The translations under genes and the position numbers were made by a program. The notes beneath the pieces are model-generated. The model worked only from the letters and a program-made list of their open reading frames with translations. It had not been told where the DNA came from and made no database searches. Shown in pieces: positions 56,404-64,000 of a DNA stretch of 64,000 bases. The stretch is taken from NCBI GenBank assembly GCA_026397965.1, contig JAPLTU010000071.1, forward strand, positions 39,304-103,303, written 5' to 3'. Position 1 is the stretch's first letter. Every line of letters begins with the position of its first letter. Source of the stretch: Verrucomicrobiota bacterium (GTDB lineage: Bacteria; Verrucomicrobiota; Verrucomicrobiia; Opitutales; UBA953).

Positions 56404-57134
56404 ATGCGGCTAAACTTCGCCCGCTTCGTTTGCCTAGGAACCTTGCTCGCCGTTCAAGCCTTCGCTGCCGAAGACATCATCACCCTACCCCTCCGGTTCC
56501 ATATCGCCCAGGGGCAGCGATGACCATCAAAGCGAAGAAGCTCGAAGCCTGGGTGAAGCCAGCCGACCTCACCGGGCCCGTCATCGTTGAAATCAATCGG
56601 ATCTGGAAACAGGCCGGCATCCAATTCGTGATCGAACGCGCCGAAGAAGAGGCCGTGATTAAGCCGGCTGACTTCGACGAAATCATCCAATATATCGAAA
56701 ACGCCAAGCGCGATGAGCATGGCCACGGCGACCCGACGCGCATCCAGAAAATCATGCAACTTGTCGACCCGGCCAAGTCGAATCCCAAGACGCATAATAT
56801 CTATCTGATGCCCTACATCGGCGGCACCTCGCAGGGTAACGCCCAATTCAAACTTAAAGGCATCTTTGTCGGAACTTGGACAGACAAAGCTTCGCGCGGT
56901 CTAAACCCTCCGGTCAAAACGCTCCTGTCCGAAAAAGAGCCGTTCAAAGTCGGCTCCCTCGCCCGCACCCTCGCCCACGAGATTGGGCATACTTTAGGCC
57001 TTAATCACCCGAAAAGCAGCGGCGGCGTGCCGCAACTCATGAGCGGTGGCGGCTACGTCCTGACCCCGGCAGAGATCACGACGGCCCGAAAAATCGCCCA
57101 AGCGATCAAGTCCGATCCGGCCGCCGCCCAATAA
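56404..57134 (+). pseudogene. secreted metzincin-type zinc metalloprotease, split by an apparent frameshift (or two ATGA-coupled cistrons)
   Basis: The reading frame starting at 56404 encodes MRLNFARFVCLGTLLAVQAFAAEDIITLPLRFHIAQGQR*, a signal peptide plus a first strand, stopping at 56521-56523. The body continues in the -1 frame from the ATG at 56520 (MTIKAKK...HEIGHTLGLNHP...LMSGGG, i.e. HExxHxxGxxH plus a Met-turn). Confidence 0.6.
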
Positions 57135-57150
57135 GGACGACGCGATTACC

Positions 57151-57888
57151 TCAGCGTCCGGCGGCCGGCTCGAAGCGCTTTTCGGCGGGCACGACGACTG
57201 GAGCGATGACGGATTTCCAGACTTCGTAGCCTGCGGCGGTCATATGGATATTGCCTGGAATAAAACACTCCGCCTTGGGGACGCCGTCGGCCCCGATCAA
57301 CGGACTGGTCGTATCCAGGAACTTCATCCAAGCCTGCGTTTCGCATTCCTGACGCAATAAGGTGTTGGTCTTACGGATATCATCGATCAGTTCGAAGCGC
57401 TTGCCGGGGCTGGGCACCAAGCCGAGCACGTAGAGGCGAGCCTGCGGGAGCGCGGCATGCAACTTGCTCTCCAGCTGCCGGAAGTTTTCGAGGACGGTCT
57501 CCGGCTTCGTCTTACCCGTCTTATCCATGATGTCGTTGCTGCCTTCGTATAAAATTACGGCCCGTGGGTTAAAGGGAATGACGAGATTCGTGATATATAA
57601 TTCAGCCGCATGGGACATTTTGCTGCCGCCGACGCCATAATTATAAATGGTCAAGGGTGCCAAGTCGGCGGAGACGGTCTTCCAATTCTGCATCTGCGAA
57701 CTGCCAATGCAGATGATGCTCCCGGGAGCGGGTGGACTCTTTTTCGCGGCGGCCAAGATCTTCTGATACAAGGCCGCGACCTTCGAAGGCGAGGACTTAT
57801 CTGTCAGAGCTTCGGCACCGCTCTCCGCCGCTGACAGCGAGACGCAAGTAATCAGCAAAATAAAGGCTGTGATGGACTGTTTCATCAA
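57151..57888 (-). CDS. secreted SGNH/GDSL-family esterase
   Basis: Signal peptide, then ICIGSSQMQNW, YGVGGS, YEGSNDI, and GNIHMTAAGY. Confidence 0.8.
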   Translation of the reverse strand: MMKQSITAFILLITCVSLSAAESGAEALTDKSSPSKVAALYQKILAAAKKSPPAPGSIICIGSSQMQNWKTVSADLAPLTIYNYGVGGSKMSHAAELYITNLVIPFNPRAVILYEGSNDIMDKTGKTKPETVLENFRQLESKLHAALPQARLYVLGLVPSPGKRFELIDDIRKTNTLLRQECETQAWMKFLDTTSPLIGADGVPKAECFIPGNIHMTAAGYEVWKSVIAPVVVPAEKRFEPAAGR

Positions 57889-57891
57889 AGC

Positions 57892-59307
57892 TTACTCGCC
57901 TTTGGCCTTCTTGGCTTTCTTGACCTTTTTGTCTTCCTTATTCGCGCTCCGCCCGGAACCGTCGCCCACCGCGTCCTTGATGCCTCCAGCGGGGTTTAAT
58001 TCGGCAAGAGCCGCCGCCAAGCGCTTCCGGGCCGCAAGGGCGGCCTCATCCTTACTGTCGGCGGGTACAAGCTTCTCCGTAAAAGGCGCGTCTTTCATGT
58101 CGTAGAGGGCGCCCGATTGATCGAGTTTCCAACCTTCCTCACGGACGAAATAATTATTGCTCAACTGGCAGTAAGCCCAAGTGCGCGGAGATTTCGTCTC
58201 ACCCTTGAACTGAGAGACCAGACTGCGCCCGTCAATCACTCGACCCGTTGGCAACGGAGCCCCAGCGACTTCGGCGAAAGTAGTCAGCAAGTCGCTCGCG
58301 TCCGCGACGTTGGAATTGACCTTACCGGCGGGCGTGACGCCGGGCCAGTTGGCGATGAAAGGCACGAGACCGCCGCCCTCTTGCATCGTCCCTTTCTCCC
58401 CGTCGAGGCGGCGCCCTCCGATGGTGGCGACGGGCGCGTGATGCTTGGCCGTACCATTATCTCCCATGAAGACGATCAGGGTGTTCTCGCGCAATTTAAG
58501 GCGAACGAGTTCGGCCAGCAACTTGCCGATCAACTTGTCCATATAGATGATATTATCGTTATAATGGCGGGCCAAAAGCACTTCGGGATCGGTCCCCGCC
58601 GGCACCGGAGCGCTATCGGGAGTCGGCAGGATCTCACCATGCACGTGCGACATCGAGTAATACAAGAAGAACGGTTTCGCCTTATTAGCCTCGAGCCAGG
58701 CCACCGCATTCTGGTGCATCAGGTCAGGCATATATTCCCCGTCCTGCAAGGGTAACGTCTTACCGTTGACGGTATAGGTGTCGGGATCACCACGCACCGA
58801 GCCGTCGGCGTTCATGCCTTTCACAGTCTTGCTGTTCCAATAGATGCCGCTGGCCTTGAAGCGGAAGTCGTGATCGAAACCCCACTCAGAGGGACTGCCC
58901 GAAGGCGAGAGCTGACCCCACTTGCCGATGAGCGCCGTCACATAGCCGGCCTTCTTCAGGACGGTCGGGATCATCTGCTCGGCTTGGTCGCCAGACCGTA
59001 CCAGGTTCTTGCAAGCGTCTTGGCTCACGGCGCCCGTCCGGAACGCATAGCGGCCAGTCAAGATCAGGGAGCGCGACGGTCCGCACAGCGGAGCGGTATA
59101 AAAATGCGTGAAGCGGATGCCGCCTTGGGCGAGCGAGTCGATGTTCGGGGTCTTGAAATGGTCGGCGCCGTTCACGCCTAATTCCGCGAACCCGAGGTCG
59201 TCGGCCAGAATATAAATGATATTCGTTTTGGCGGCCGGGGCGGTCGCCGCTTGGCCGACCCAGGGAAGCAGGAAGGCGAGTAAAGCGGCGGCGAGTAAGG
59301 TTTGCAT
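57892..59307 (-). CDS. sulfatase (formylglycine-dependent, arylsulfatase A family)
   Basis: IIYILADDLG and the CGPSRSLILTGR (C-x-P-S-R) motif, with a signal peptide. The C-terminal tail is Lys-rich: KEDKKVKKAKKAKGE. Confidence 0.9.
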   Translation of the reverse strand: MQTLLAAALLAFLLPWVGQAATAPAAKTNIIYILADDLGFAELGVNGADHFKTPNIDSLAQGGIRFTHFYTAPLCGPSRSLILTGRYAFRTGAVSQDACKNLVRSGDQAEQMIPTVLKKAGYVTALIGKWGQLSPSGSPSEWGFDHDFRFKASGIYWNSKTVKGMNADGSVRGDPDTYTVNGKTLPLQDGEYMPDLMHQNAVAWLEANKAKPFFLYYSMSHVHGEILPTPDSAPVPAGTDPEVLLARHYNDNIIYMDKLIGKLLAELVRLKLRENTLIVFMGDNGTAKHHAPVATIGGRRLDGEKGTMQEGGGLVPFIANWPGVTPAGKVNSNVADASDLLTTFAEVAGAPLPTGRVIDGRSLVSQFKGETKSPRTWAYCQLSNNYFVREEGWKLDQSGALYDMKDAPFTEKLVPADSKDEAALAARKRLAAALAELNPAGGIKDAVGDGSGRSANKEDKKVKKAKKAKGE

Positions 59308-59474
59308 AAGGAGTGAGGCGACGGGAGGCGTGCACCGTAAAGAACCCCCGCCAAATAATAAAGTTTCGTTTTGCCTAAAACGGGCGAATTTAGCCGATCC
59401 AGCCCGCGCGCAGGCTGGAGAATTAGGTTTGAGCCAAGTCCACGGTTACTCCGTGCTATCTTCCTACCCCCACC

Positions 59475-60434
59475 ATGAAACACCTCCTCGTACTTGCCCT
59501 TCTCGTCCGTTGCGCCGGATCCCTCGTCGCCGCCGGAGAGGCGCAGATCAAAGTGCGACCCGGAGAAGACGTCGAGATCACCCAAGACGGGAAAATCCTG
59601 GCCCGCTTCATGACCGCCCACGATGTCAGCACGGCAGAAAAACGCCTGGAGACTTATAAGCCCTACCTCCACATCTATGATGCTAGCGGCGAGCTCCGCC
59701 TGACCAAGGGCCCCGGGTTTCAATACACGCACCATCGAGGCATCATGGTCGGCTTCATGAAGATCACATTGGATGGCAAAAGTTACGACCGCTGGCATAT
59801 GAAAGGCGGCGACCAGGTCGTCACGGACATCACGCCGACAACCGGCGGCTTTACCGCGCACATCGACTGGCAAGGAGATACGGCCAAGCCGATCCTGACG
59901 GAAGAACGGGCGTTTGTCTTTTCGCATCCCGCCGGGCCCTTTTATTTCGCCATCGACATGACCAGCGCACTTCGCCCTGACCACGGCGAAGCCAAAATCG
60001 ACGGCGACCCCGAACATGCAGGCGCGCAATTCCGCCCCTCCGAAAAGATCGAGGGCAAGACGACCACCTATGTCTACCCGGGCAAAGACGAGGCCATCCA
60101 CAAAGTGAAAGACCTCCCCTGGGTCGCCGAAATCTTCACCATCGAAGGCAAGACGTTTACCGCCTTATTGCTCAATCATCCCACGAACCCCACGGGCACA
60201 GCCTTTTCCGCTTATCGTGATTACGGCCGCTTCGGCGCTTTCCCCAAAGGCACGGCCACAGCCGCAGCCCCCTTTAAACTTCATTATAAGTGGCTCGTCG
60301 CCGCGGGCGAAATCCGCGACGGCGCGGTCTTCCAGCAGGCCTATAACGATTTCACGGGGCGGAACGACACCACCCCCGTCGTGACCGTCATGCTCGCCGA
60401 ACAGACGAAGCCGAAGACCCCGGCTAAGAAATAA
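59475..60434 (+). CDS. DUF6807 / PmoA-family protein
   Basis: Signal peptide, then YKPYLHIYDASGELRLTKGPGFQYTHHRGIMVGF...DRWHM. This resembles the PmoA-like family as I recall it. Confidence 0.55.
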   Translation: MKHLLVLALLVRCAGSLVAAGEAQIKVRPGEDVEITQDGKILARFMTAHDVSTAEKRLETYKPYLHIYDASGELRLTKGPGFQYTHHRGIMVGFMKITLDGKSYDRWHMKGGDQVVTDITPTTGGFTAHIDWQGDTAKPILTEERAFVFSHPAGPFYFAIDMTSALRPDHGEAKIDGDPEHAGAQFRPSEKIEGKTTTYVYPGKDEAIHKVKDLPWVAEIFTIEGKTFTALLLNHPTNPTGTAFSAYRDYGRFGAFPKGTATAAAPFKLHYKWLVAAGEIRDGAVFQQAYNDFTGRNDTTPVVTVMLAEQTKPKTPAKK

Positions 60435-60460
60435 GCAGTGGGCGACCAAACGCGTCGCGT

Positions 60461-62008
60461 TCACTTCGTTTTGGTTTTCTTCTTCTTGGCCGCTTTGGCC
60501 GTTTCAAGGTTACGACTGCAGGACATATCGTCTTCCATCGGGAAATCATCCGCCTCGCGCAGCGCGATCACCCAAGCCGGACCGACGTCCTTGGGCGTAA
60601 GCGGCTTGAAACCTACCAGCTCTTTTTTCTCGCTCCAACCCTGAGGCAGCGTCCCCAAACTCGTACCACCTTCCGCGGCCGGCAATTTGACCTTTCCGCC
60701 AATCACAACGTTACCCTTGAAACGGTTCGGGATATTCTTCGGTCCGACCAAGGAAATCTTCGGATCCAAGGTCGCGGCCTCAATGGCCACCCCACCCGCC
60801 GGCTTGATGAAGCGGTTGTTCGCGATGTCGCAATCCGAAGGCATGAGCACCAATTGTTCTTCGGGCCAATGTTTCTTGTAGTCGGAGCCGATTTCCAGAT
60901 CCACGCCCGTGCAACCGACGATGACATTGTTCGAGACCGTCACTTTCTTGCATTGCGGGTAAGCCGAAACGATTCCGAGAGCATTCTTCGCGGTCTTGGC
61001 GTTGGATTTTTCGTGAGGAGCGTAACTACTCGTCAGGGCATAGCCGACGAATTCGCCCGCAGAAATCCGGATGCCATAGTCGCATCCAGAAACATAATTA
61101 CCTTGGACGGTATGATTAGGTCCCGACATCCGCAGGCCGTGCGCCCCGGCCAGGCCTTCGCCCAAGACCACGTTGCCCTTCAGCACGTTGTTGCTACCCC
61201 GGCGGATATTGATGCCTCCGAGCGTCGCCACCACGGTATTGTTGATGACCTGGTTGAAATTGGATTTCAGTGAAATGATTTCGGTGCCTTCGCCATCCGC
61301 GTGGTCGAAAAGATTTCCCTGGATGGTAAAATAGGCGCCATCGGTCGTTTTTTCGTCGAATTTACCTGAACCCCAGACGCGGATATCTTCCCGGCCATTG
61401 CCGACGTCGTAGGGTATGTTCTTAAAGTAGCAGTTCGTGACACCGTTGTGATGGCTGCCCTCGAGTCCGTTACCGACGAGCGGTTGCATATTATTTTTAC
61501 CTTTGAAATAACAACGGTCAGCCAAGTTGTAATTGCCGTTGAAGAAAACCCAGTAATAGCCGTTGGCGAACTCGGTTGGATTATAATCAACGATGGCCGT
61601 ATTCCGGACCACCCCGTGGTGCGAGTTGAACATGATGACCGCCCGATCATGATCGTCGCCGGCTGACGTACCTTTGTAAAAAAACAAGCCATCGAGCACC
61701 ACGTGGGCACCGTTGATCTCGAAAGTCGAAGTACCGCCAAAGATCGCTTCGCCGGGCTGGGCCGACAAGATCGTGATCGGGCGGCCCTGCGCACCGTTAT
61801 GAGCGACTTTCACGTTCACGTTATCATAGTGCCCTTTGGCGAGTTTGATCACGTCACCGCTCGAAGCGCTGGCTACGGCGCCCTTAAGTTCGGCGACATT
61901 CTTGACGGCGACATCGCGGCCAAGCAGCAACCCCATCGAGCCGACCCAAACCACCCACCCCGCCCAGAACCTGGAAGACATCGGTAATATCCTGAAAAGA
62001 GTAGTCAT
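60461..62008 (-). CDS. polysaccharide lyase family 6-like right-handed beta-helix enzyme (chondroitinase B / alginate lyase type)
   Basis: VAELKGAVASASSGDVIKLAKGHY...GRPITILSAQPGEAIFGG...VVLDGLFF and GTEIISLKSNFNQVINNT...INIRRGSNNVLKGN. The C-terminal tail is Lys-rich: AKAAKKKKTKTK. Confidence 0.7.
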   Translation of the reverse strand: MTTLFRILPMSSRFWAGWVVWVGSMGLLLGRDVAVKNVAELKGAVASASSGDVIKLAKGHYDNVNVKVAHNGAQGRPITILSAQPGEAIFGGTSTFEINGAHVVLDGLFFYKGTSAGDDHDRAVIMFNSHHGVVRNTAIVDYNPTEFANGYYWVFFNGNYNLADRCYFKGKNNMQPLVGNGLEGSHHNGVTNCYFKNIPYDVGNGREDIRVWGSGKFDEKTTDGAYFTIQGNLFDHADGEGTEIISLKSNFNQVINNTVVATLGGINIRRGSNNVLKGNVVLGEGLAGAHGLRMSGPNHTVQGNYVSGCDYGIRISAGEFVGYALTSSYAPHEKSNAKTAKNALGIVSAYPQCKKVTVSNNVIVGCTGVDLEIGSDYKKHWPEEQLVLMPSDCDIANNRFIKPAGGVAIEAATLDPKISLVGPKNIPNRFKGNVVIGGKVKLPAAEGGTSLGTLPQGWSEKKELVGFKPLTPKDVGPAWVIALREADDFPMEDDMSCSRNLETAKAAKKKKTKTK

Positions 62009-62086
62009 GAATAGCTAATTGAGAAACACCCTTAAGCTGTGAAAGTTGCCAAAGTGGCGATTAAGGAGAAGAGCATCCCTTCAACG

Positions 62087-63529
62087 CTATTTAGCCGTTA
62101 ACGACTTGGCGGGTAATTCCGGGACGATCGCGGACTGCCAGCCGCCGCCGAGTGCCTTAATGAGTTGCACCGTCGAATTAAGCCGGAGGTTCTGAATCTG
62201 AGCGGCAGCAAGCTCGCTGGCCAAAAGCGTACGTTGCGCGTCCATCAGCTGATAATAAGGGGTAAGGCCGCTACGATATTGCATTTCCACCAGCCGAGCC
62301 GTCTCGCGGGCGGAGTCCACCATCCGAGCCTGCGATTCGGCGGCACTGACCCGATTGCTCAAATCATTCAGGACATCTTCCGTCTCCCGGAAAGCAGTGA
62401 GAACGGCAGCGCGATAGTTTGCCGTCGCCTCAATAGAGCGCTGCTTCGCGCCTTCGAGGGAAGCATCCAGCCGACCCCCTTGGAAAATTGGTAAATGCAG
62501 GCTGGGCCCCATCGACCAAACCCGACTTTCCCAACTTACGACCTTGGAGCTATCAATGGTCGAAAAGCCCGCCGAACCGGTGAGCGTCAGTCGGGGATAA
62601 TAATTAGCCTTCGCTTCGCCGATATCGGCGTTCGCCGCCATCAGCTGATATTCGGCCGCAGCCACGTCAGGCCGACGACCGAGCAACTCCGAAGGCAAGC
62701 CGGCAGGGATCACCGGCACTTCGGTCGTCAATGGCTTCACGGCGACCGAGAGCTCCGAAGGCGGCACCCCCGTGAGCACCGCCAAAGCATGCTCGACATT
62801 GCTACGCTGACGCCGGACTTCATTCAACTGTCCCGTGGTCGCTTCGACTTGGGTGGTCGCCTGCAGGAGGTCGGTCTTGGGCACTAAGCCCGCCTTCACC
62901 TGCTTGCCGACCAGCGAAACCTGATGCTGATAAAGTTCGAGGCTCTTAATCAGCATCGCGGACTGCGTATCGAGCCCGCGCAGCGTAAAATAATTCGAAG
63001 CCACGCTCGCCTGGACCGACTGCAAGACGACCGCGAACTCGGTGGCCGAAAGCTTGGTGTTAGCGTCAGCGGATTCGCTGAGGCGCCTCACTCGGCCCCA
63101 GACATCGAGTTCATAACTTAAATCGAGCGGAACGGCATAAGAGGTCTGCGTCCGCGAGGGCGAGCCGGCCGTGTCGGACGTGCGGTTACGTTGCAGGGAT
63201 GGATTCAGGCTTAAGGCGGGCCAAAATCCGGCCTGTGCGACATCGCTCAAAGCCTTGGCTTGACCTATCCGCGCAAAAGCGGCGCGGATATTTTCGTTCG
63301 CTTTGAGTGCCGATGCTTCCAAGGCATCGAGGTCAGCATCATGGAAAACCGACCACCAATTGGCGCCCAGCGCGGGTGCGCCTTGATAAGGTCCGGTCAG
63401 TTCGCGGAAAGCCGCGGAAACGGGGACTTCTGGTCGGACATAATCCGGCCCGACGGCGCAGGCGGAAAGCAAGAGCGCCCCAGCGATGCCAAGGAGACGG
63501 CCGGGGTGAACGGGGGGCGAAGATTGCAT
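62087..63529 (-). CDS. RND efflux outer membrane factor lipoprotein (NodT family), second system
   Basis: Lipobox LLLSAC|AVGPDY with OEP repeats. Length 480 aa. Confidence 0.9.
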   Translation of the reverse strand: MQSSPPVHPGRLLGIAGALLLSACAVGPDYVRPEVPVSAAFRELTGPYQGAPALGANWWSVFHDADLDALEASALKANENIRAAFARIGQAKALSDVAQAGFWPALSLNPSLQRNRTSDTAGSPSRTQTSYAVPLDLSYELDVWGRVRRLSESADANTKLSATEFAVVLQSVQASVASNYFTLRGLDTQSAMLIKSLELYQHQVSLVGKQVKAGLVPKTDLLQATTQVEATTGQLNEVRRQRSNVEHALAVLTGVPPSELSVAVKPLTTEVPVIPAGLPSELLGRRPDVAAAEYQLMAANADIGEAKANYYPRLTLTGSAGFSTIDSSKVVSWESRVWSMGPSLHLPIFQGGRLDASLEGAKQRSIEATANYRAAVLTAFRETEDVLNDLSNRVSAAESQARMVDSARETARLVEMQYRSGLTPYYQLMDAQRTLLASELAAAQIQNLRLNSTVQLIKALGGGWQSAIVPELPAKSLTAK

Positions 63530-63550
63530 GGCAGAAATTATGAGAAGGAG

Positions 63551-64000
63551 TTAATTCTGCGGGGCTGGCAATGGCGCAACGGCGCGTAACGCCCGGCGCG
63601 AATGCAGCCATCCGCGAAGACGGTCGAAATAGAGGTAGATGACCGGTGTGGTATAGAGGGTCAGCAACTGGCTCACCAGCAAACCGCCGACGATGGCGAT
63701 ACCCAAAGGTCGGCGGAGTTCGGCGCCTTCGCCAAAGCCGATTGCCAAGGGCAAAGCGCCGAACATGGCGGCCATCGTCGTCATCATGATCGGCCGGAAA
63801 CGTAGCATGCAGGCGGTAAAAATCGCTTCGCGAGCGGGAATCTTTTCGTTCCGCTCGGCATCGAGAGCAAAATCAATCATCATGATCGCGTTCTTCTTCA
63901 CGATACCGATGAGCAACAGCACGCCGATCAAAGCGATGATACTGAACTCCATTCCGAAGGCCATCAGAGCTAAGAGCGCGCCGACGCCAGCCGAGGGTAA
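63551..64000 (-). CDS. RND efflux pump inner membrane subunit, C-terminal part (gene continues beyond the right edge)
   Basis: TM10-12-type sequence ...[23 protein letters not shown]...[19 protein letters not shown]... The reading frame is open to the window end. Confidence 0.85.
   Translation of the reverse strand, partial: LPSAGVGALLALMAFGMEFSIIALIGVLLLIGIVKKNAIMMIDFALDAERNEKIPAREAIFTACMLRFRPIMMTTMAAMFGALPLAIGFGEGAELRRPLGIAIVGGLLVSQLLTLYTTPVIYLYFDRLRGWLHSRRALRAVAPLPAPQN

Noticed and set aside
59178-60101. 307-aa minus-strand ORF
   Set aside because: It is antisense to the DUF6807 gene and its divergent promoter. It has no motifs, and its composition is typical of a GC-rich shadow frame.

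Overview
GC-rich bacterial chromosomal segment. The gene content suggests Verrucomicrobiota/PVC, which is an inference: a four-gene prepilin-type 'G|FTLVE' cassette, a 2854-aa PATR-repeat autotransporter, sulfatase/PL6 lyase/SGNH esterases/CE15/DUF1080/DUF6807 genes, and a PEP-CTERM tail. Most of the window is housekeeping: lepB-lepA, fabD, purH, parB, mnmA, ubiE, kamA-like, accA, trpA, pyrB-pyrC', thiL, folA and gltX-glnS, plus four tRNA genes (Arg-ACG, Leu-UAA, Arg-CCG, Ser-GGA). Accessory content includes one complete TetR-controlled RND efflux operon and the 3' end of a second one. It also includes a translationally coupled four-pseudopilin cassette with no assembly machinery nearby, and a giant autotransporter with a recent ~828-bp internal duplication. 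Further accessory genes are a frameshifted or split secreted metzincin, a sulfated-glycan degradation cluster, and a holin-like plus bitopic membrane gene pair. The least explained signal is in the intergenic DNA. It is a mosaic of short GC hairpin repeats that all carry GGTAGGG...CCCTACC termini. These are REP/REPIN-like: some are ~111-117-bp inverted doublets placed right after stop codons. They are densest around tRNA-Ser, where a 32-bp duplicate of the tRNA 3' end and two ~60-bp TTTGCAC-rich direct repeats also sit. No CRISPR array, rRNA gene, transposase or integrase gene was seen. All functional calls rest on motifs read by eye and recalled family signatures; no searches were run.
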